64,000 nt of DNA. It comes from Candidatus Omnitrophota bacterium. GTDB taxonomy: Bacteria; Omnitrophota; Gorgyraeia; Zapsychrales; Fredricksoniimonadaceae. The position numbers and the translations under genes are program-made. Under the pieces are notes generated by a model. It saw only the letters and a list, made by a program, of their open reading frames with translations. It was not told the origin of the DNA and did not search any database. The DNA lies in contig CAIOPG010000011.1 of NCBI GenBank assembly GCA_903860135.1, positions 320 to 64,319 of the forward strand, given 5' to 3'. This document shows positions 58,944 to 64,000 of this stretch, one piece after another; the first letter of the stretch is position 1; each line of letters starts with the position of its first letter.

Positions 58944-60692
58944 TCATTCCCATTCGATGGTCGCGGGAGGCTTTGAACTGATATCGTAAACCACGCGGTT
59001 CACCCCGCGCACTTCATTGATAATGCGGTTGGAGATCTTGCCCATCAATTCATAAGGTAAATGCACCCAGTCAGCGGTCATCCCGTCGATACTGTTGACG
59101 CACCTTAACGCAATAACATTTTCATACGTGCGCTGATCACCCATGACCCCCACGGTCTTGACCGGCAGGAGTACGGCAAACGACTGCCAGACTTCATTGT
59201 AAAGCCCGGCGCGCTTCATTTCCTCAAGGACACGTTCGTCGGCTTCACGTAAAATTTCCAAACGCTCCTCGGTCACTTCGCCCAGGATACGGATGGCCAA
59301 GCCAGGACCAGGGAACGGCTGACGCTTGAGGATGGATTCGGGTACCGCCAGATGCTTGCCAATAACACGCACCTCATCTTTGAAAAGATCACGGAAAGGT
59401 TCGAGCAATTTTAGTTCAAGGGTCTCGGGAAGGCCGCCCACATTATGATGGCTCTTGATAACAGCCGAAGGACCGCCTGTCGGAGATATCGACTCGATGA
59501 CATCAGGATAAAGCGTCCCCTGTCCGAGAAAGTCAACGCCTTTTATCTTTTTAGCCGCTTCCTGAAAAACCTCCACAAAAACACGTCCAATGATCTTGCG
59601 TTTCTGCTCCGGATCCGTAATGCCTTTGAGTTCATCCAGGAATCGCTTCTGGGCGTCGACCACCGTCAGATTGATCTTGTAATAACCTTTAAAAGTCTTC
59701 TGAACCGAGGCCACCTCGTTCTTGCGGAGAAGGCCGTTATCCACGAAAATGCAGTAAAGATTATTGCCGATGGCCTTATGGATAAGCACCGCCGCCACCG
59801 AAGAATCAACGCCGCCGGAAAGCCCCAAGACAACCTTACTCTTGCCAATGTCTTCGGTCATTTTACGCAACGAAGCTTCAATGAAACGATCCATGGTCCA
59901 GCGCGGCAAACAGCCGCAGATCTGATTCACAAAGTTCTGGATGACCTGCACCCCGCGCTGGGTATGCACTACTTCCGGATGGAACTGAACACCAAATATC
60001 TTCTTGCCGCGATGCCCCATGGCCGCGCAACTGTTGTTGAGCGTGTGCGCCAGTTTCTCAAACCCGGCTGGCAATTCAACGATCTCATCGCCATGGCTCA
60101 TCCAGGACGTCAGGTTCGTGGGCAGGTTCATGAAAAGATCGCGGCTGGAATCAACAAAAAGTTCGGCACGCCCGTATTCCCGATCCTTGCATTTATTGAC
60201 CTTACCGCCAAGAAGCTGTGTAATAAGCTGCATACCGTAACATACGCCTAAGACAGGAATCCCGAGCTTGAAAATATCCTTATCCGGATACGGGGCGTCC
60301 TTGTCATAAACACTCATGGGTCCACCCGAAAAAATGATCCCCTTCGGGCCAATCTCCTTGATCTCGGCCAGCGATATATTGTACGGAACAATGCGGCTAA
60401 AAACTTTGTTCTCACGGATACGCCGGGCGATCAACTGGGTGTACTGGGAACCAAAATCAAGGACAAGAATAACATCCTTGGTCTTTACTTGTTTGACCTT
60501 GATATTCACCGTTTTGGTAGACCCTGCCAACAAATTGACCTTCTTATGCTCCATCCGGTGAAAACCATGCGCTGGCCTAATCACAGAAGATTTGTGTGTC
60601 CCTGCAGAAACCTTGACAGCCTGTTTTCCTGCATTCTTTGAAGCTGACTTAACAACCGGCTTTGCACCAGGATTTTTAACAGCGTTAGGCAT
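58944..60692 (-). CDS. guaA: GMP synthase (glutamine-hydrolysing). Track ORF has a ~65-aa basic N-terminal extension. True start may be internal
   Basis: GATase [20 protein letters not shown]-PPase SGGVDSSV, C-terminal dimerisation domain. Confidence 0.9.
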   Translation of the reverse strand: MPNAVKNPGAKPVVKSASKNAGKQAVKVSAGTHKSSVIRPAHGFHRMEHKKVNLLAGSTKTVNIKVKQVKTKDVILVLDFGSQYTQLIARRIRENKVFSRIVPYNISLAEIKEIGPKGIIFSGGPMSVYDKDAPYPDKDIFKLGIPVLGVCYGMQLITQLLGGKVNKCKDREYGRAELFVDSSRDLFMNLPTNLTSWMSHGDEIVELPAGFEKLAHTLNNSCAAMGHRGKKIFGVQFHPEVVHTQRGVQVIQNFVNQICGCLPRWTMDRFIEASLRKMTEDIGKSKVVLGLSGGVDSSVAAVLIHKAIGNNLYCIFVDNGLLRKNEVASVQKTFKGYYKINLTVVDAQKRFLDELKGITDPEQKRKIIGRVFVEVFQEAAKKIKGVDFLGQGTLYPDVIESISPTGGPSAVIKSHHNVGGLPETLELKLLEPFRDLFKDEVRVIGKHLAVPESILKRQPFPGPGLAIRILGEVTEERLEILREADERVLEEMKRAGLYNEVWQSFAVLLPVKTVGVMGDQRTYENVIALRCVNSIDGMTADWVHLPYELMGKISNRIINEVRGVNRVVYDISSKPPATIEWE

Positions 60693-60768
60693 TTATTTCT
60701 CTCTTTCCCTTAAAGTTATCGTCGCGCGCAAAGCACCGGAAACACACGGGACCGCCAGCGGGCACAGC

Positions 60769-61929
60769 TCATTTTCCCATACCGATCTTCTGGCTCATCT
60801 GGAAAACCTTCCCTTCGCTCTGGAAGGAATGGGCAATAATGATCTCAACATCATGCATTTCCTTGATGTTACTGGCACCGAGCGATCCCATGGATGTCTT
60901 AAGAGCGCCAACAAGATTCTGCGAACCGTCATCAACCTTGGCAGGACCCAGAAGAATTTCCTTGAGCGTCCCGGCCTGCCCAACCTTGACACGCGTACCG
61001 CGCGGTAAATTGGCATTGGATGTGGCCATGCCCCAGTGATAGCCTCGCCCGGGCGCCTCAAAAGATTTTGCGAAAGCAGAACCGACCATACAGGCATCAC
61101 CGCCGGCCGCGATGGCCTTGCAGATCTCGCCGCCGATGCGCATGCCGCCATCAGTGATGATCGGAACATACTTGCCTTTGCGCTTGAAGAAATAATCACG
61201 CGCCGCCGCACAATCGACCGTTGCCGTGATCTGCGGGACGCCGATCCCCAGGACACCACGGCTGGTGCACGCCGCGCCAGGGCCGATACCCACCAGGATC
61301 CCAGCCACACCGGCCTCCATCAGCTCCAGCGATACATCATAACTAACCGTATTCCCAAGGATCACGGGGATCTTTATTTCACGGCAGAACTTCTCGATAT
61401 CAAAAGCCTTGTATTCCGTGGCCACATGCCGCACCGTCGCAACGGTTGACTGGACAACGAACATATCACAACCGGCTTCCGTGGCAATATCAGCAAATTT
61501 CTTAGCATTTTGAGGGATACAGCTGACCACAGCGGGAACCTTGTGCTTCTTGATCTCTTCGATACGCCGGGCGATCAACGCATCCTTGACCGGCTTGGTG
61601 TAAAGCGTCTGGATCAGCTTGGTGGCTTCATCGGGGCTGGCTTCTGCGATTTGGTCGAGGATCTCGTCAGGATTTTCATAGCGCGTCTGGATACCATCAA
61701 GATTCAATACGGCAATACCACCGAGCTTGCCCATTTCGATGGCGAACTTGACATTCACAACCCCGTCCATCGACGCCGCCAGGATAGGAATATTAAATGT
61801 CATTTCGCCGATCGACCAGCTAGTATCGACCTCATTGGGATTAACCGTTTTGTCGCCAGGAACAAGGGCAACCTCATCGAAACCATAACAACGGCGAGCT
61901 CTGCGATTAATACCTATCCAGTCGGCCAT
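60769..61929 (-). CDS. guaB: IMP dehydrogenase-family protein lacking the CBS subdomain
   Basis: TIM-barrel motifs (ILAASMDGV, GIGPGAACTSR catalytic Cys loop). 386 aa, with no CBS pair. Confidence 0.7.
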   Translation of the reverse strand: MADWIGINRRARRCYGFDEVALVPGDKTVNPNEVDTSWSIGEMTFNIPILAASMDGVVNVKFAIEMGKLGGIAVLNLDGIQTRYENPDEILDQIAEASPDEATKLIQTLYTKPVKDALIARRIEEIKKHKVPAVVSCIPQNAKKFADIATEAGCDMFVVQSTVATVRHVATEYKAFDIEKFCREIKIPVILGNTVSYDVSLELMEAGVAGILVGIGPGAACTSRGVLGIGVPQITATVDCAAARDYFFKRKGKYVPIITDGGMRIGGEICKAIAAGGDACMVGSAFAKSFEAPGRGYHWGMATSNANLPRGTRVKVGQAGTLKEILLGPAKVDDGSQNLVGALKTSMGSLGASNIKEMHDVEIIIAHSFQSEGKVFQMSQKIGMGK

Positions 61930-62043
61930 GAAACATAACCTCCAGTGTTTAAATCATTTATAAGAAATAAACGTATTTTATACTAAATATTAAGTATTAT
62001 ATTATTAAGAATAACGATGAATGTCAAATGGAAAAATCCAGCC

Positions 62044-63720
62044 TCATATCTTTCGTCGACGCCAACCAAGAAAGAATCCGCCGCCCAACAGGCATAAAAC
62101 GGTCAGCCAAGAGATCAATTCTCCTGCCACACGCACCGGTGTGTGGCCGAACGTGATCCGGATATCATGAACCCCGGGGGGCACCGCAAAAACAATAAGG
62201 CCGTAAGGATTTTCAGGATGAATAGCCGTTTCCTGCCCGTCAATAAATACCTTCCAGCCTGGGAAATAAAAATGATGAAAACAAACAATGGCCGGCGTCG
62301 TGGCATTAACCGTAAACGCGTGGTGAACCCCCGAGATCTTTTGAGGAGCACTAATGATCGCCTGCCCCTGCATGACCAAATACCGTGCGGGTGGTGGCGC
62401 CATCGGGATCTTCTGGACCCATCGAGGAAGATATTCCATATTATCCATCGGCCAATGTGACCCTAAAAACGCGCGTGGCGAGGCCAGGTCGAGCGCATAA
62501 GTGGCATTGGGTTTGGCATAAGAAAAATTCAAAGCCAGGATCAGGGCAATGGCGCAAGGAACGATCCAGGCTGACGCACGGCCCGGTTTCCAGAGAACGA
62601 TAGCGCCGGACAAAAAAGACAGCACAAAAGCGATCAGCACGATCAAACGCCACGGCGCGGCGACATACTTGACCAGCGGCAACGATTCCCATACAAAGGC
62701 CGATGCCTTGAGCATCATAAACCCGCAGGCCACCCCCACCACCACCCAGAAAAACATGTGCCAGGATGTCTTTTTATCCGCACGCCACAGGATGGGGATC
62801 ACCGCCAGGGCGATCACAGTCAAAAACAAATGCCCGATGCCGATCTGAAAAGAATGCCCGTACCCCATCCCCCAATGCGCGTAAGTCCAGGCCGCAAAAA
62901 GCAGCTGGTACAGGCTCATCATGTGCACATGAAAATCCCAGTTGCCCTGGGTGATCTTGTTGATCATGACATACTGTTTTTCCGCTAGGGCGGGCAACCA
63001 GTAATAAGCTGTCAAGGCAAACGCACAGGTCATGGCCCCGCCGGACCAGATGATTTTCATCCATGATTTTGGGGAATCGATCACATACTGAAAAACAACA
63101 TACGCCACCATCACCGGAAAAAAGAAAAGCGCGATGGCATTATGGCTGATGATCAGCCCCGCAAACGCCAGCGCGGCCCAAACAAAATAAGCAAAGCGAG
63201 TATCCACCCAGAGCCGGTAAAAACCCCAGGCCGATAGCGGTAAAAAAACAAATGACAAAAACTGGGCATCGGCCGAACGCTGGTAAATATCACAGAGATG
63301 GAACGGCGCAAACACATACGCCACTGCCGATAAAAGAGCCCCCTGCCGCCCCCAGAAGTCACGGGCGAACAGGTACATCGCAAACCCGGAACCAATAAAC
63401 CCCAGGATCAAAATAATGTTGGTTCCAACCATGTAATTATTAACAATCAGCGAGGCAATAGCGGTGAGATAAGAAAAAAGCGGCGGATAAAAATTGAGCA
63501 GAGGATACCCGTACCCGTAATTGATATCCGGCAACCAGCGCCCCGCGACCTGCCCGTCCTGCCAGACCATGGCCAACCCCACGGTCTTGACCATGGCGCA
63601 GAAACTATCATTGAACTGAACGATCTCCGCCTTAAACAGCGGCAATGACGCCAACAGGGACACGAGGAGAATCACCCCCAGACAAAGCAGATCCTTAAAC
63701 GCCCATTTCCCCTTGCCCAT
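62044..63720 (-). CDS. Polytopic membrane protein, GT-C-like glycosyltransferase / YfhO-PMT-like
   Basis: More than 10 predicted TM helices. Large periplasmic C-terminal region. No firm motif. Confidence 0.35.
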   Translation of the reverse strand: MGKGKWAFKDLLCLGVILLVSLLASLPLFKAEIVQFNDSFCAMVKTVGLAMVWQDGQVAGRWLPDINYGYGYPLLNFYPPLFSYLTAIASLIVNNYMVGTNIILILGFIGSGFAMYLFARDFWGRQGALLSAVAYVFAPFHLCDIYQRSADAQFLSFVFLPLSAWGFYRLWVDTRFAYFVWAALAFAGLIISHNAIALFFFPVMVAYVVFQYVIDSPKSWMKIIWSGGAMTCAFALTAYYWLPALAEKQYVMINKITQGNWDFHVHMMSLYQLLFAAWTYAHWGMGYGHSFQIGIGHLFLTVIALAVIPILWRADKKTSWHMFFWVVVGVACGFMMLKASAFVWESLPLVKYVAAPWRLIVLIAFVLSFLSGAIVLWKPGRASAWIVPCAIALILALNFSYAKPNATYALDLASPRAFLGSHWPMDNMEYLPRWVQKIPMAPPPARYLVMQGQAIISAPQKISGVHHAFTVNATTPAIVCFHHFYFPGWKVFIDGQETAIHPENPYGLIVFAVPPGVHDIRITFGHTPVRVAGELISWLTVLCLLGGGFFLGWRRRKI

Positions 63721-63850
63721 AGGTCTTTCTCCGGTTAATAATAAGACTTAATTCAAAAACAACACTCTTTCCTGCGGCAACTATATCACAGAGCATGCCG
63801 GGCAATCAACGCAAATAACACGCAAAAAGCGAACTTGGGGATAAATAATA

Positions 63851-63884
63851 AAAAAATCCCCGGGGATTAGCCGGGGATTTTTTG
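63851..63884. terminator. Bidirectional rho-independent terminator (A7-TCCCCGG ... CCGGGGA-T6)
   Basis: aaaaaaatccccggggattagccggggatttttt, 33 nt downstream of the groEL stop on the minus strand. Confidence 0.55.
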
Positions 63885-63916
63885 AACTCTTGCAACGGGT
63901 GCGTGTTCGGGAATTA

Positions 63917-64000
63917 CATCATCCCGCCCATGCCGCCGCCCATACCACCCATACCGCCGCCCATCGGAGGCATGGACGGTTTGTCTTTTTCAGGAGCATC
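63917..64000 (-). CDS. groL: Chaperonin GroEL, C-terminal end (partial, continues beyond the window)
   Basis: Reverse complement encodes ...APEKDKPSMPPMGGGMGGMGGGMGGMM-stop, the characteristic GGM-repeat C-terminus. Confidence 0.7.

Overview
This 64-kb window looks like a chromosomal segment from a Gram-negative bacterium. It carries a secretin, an AsmA-family protein, PilT, GroEL, DnaE and a glycine-cleavage operon. Most genes are on the minus strand, and the housekeeping genes have moderate-to-high GC. Three things stand out.

(1) Positions 1 to ~9440 are one partial giant minus-strand gene running off the left window edge, at least 3100 codons long. It encodes a signal peptide, an Ig-like N-terminal region, and then roughly 200 tandem copies of a 39-bp (13-residue) repeat with consensus A-G-V-N-W-S-D-I-N-x-L-T-x. 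The many plus-strand ORFs in the track here (SDQLTPA...) are antisense shadow frames of this gene. The gene sits directly downstream of a co-oriented cluster: two secreted paralogs with formylglycine-generating-enzyme (FGE, sulfatase-modifying-factor family) domains, a TPR protein, a secretin and a GspC/PilP-like protein. Together these are a candidate dedicated secretion module for the giant repeat protein.

(2) A ~10-kb AT-rich island (about 38156-48189) is inserted in the 3' end of a Hel308/Ski2-type helicase gene. It is flanked by an imperfect ~40-bp direct repeat of the helicase 3' coding sequence. It carries BrnT/BrnA; an EcoRI-family N6-adenine methyltransferase translationally coupled to a DUF262(ParB-like)-HNH nuclease, with a poly-G(10) tract in its promoter region; a SEC-C-motif protein; a tripartite HipB-HipS-HipT-like split-kinase toxin-antitoxin operon with paired operator-like dyads; a VapC remnant; and a canonical HipBA pair with a promoter plus operator dyad. 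No integrase is visible.

(3) The core genes are gcvT-gcvH-gcvPA-gcvPB plus a lipoyl ligase, glycosyltransferases, an S41 peptidase, pilT, recO, ybeY, aspS (lacking the GAD insertion domain), hisS, hupB, dnaE, guaA, guaB (lacking CBS domains) and the groEL 3' end. No rRNA, tRNA or CRISPR array was detected. All calls are by eye from the sequence and motif memory. Coordinates of the small motifs may be off by 1-2 nt.
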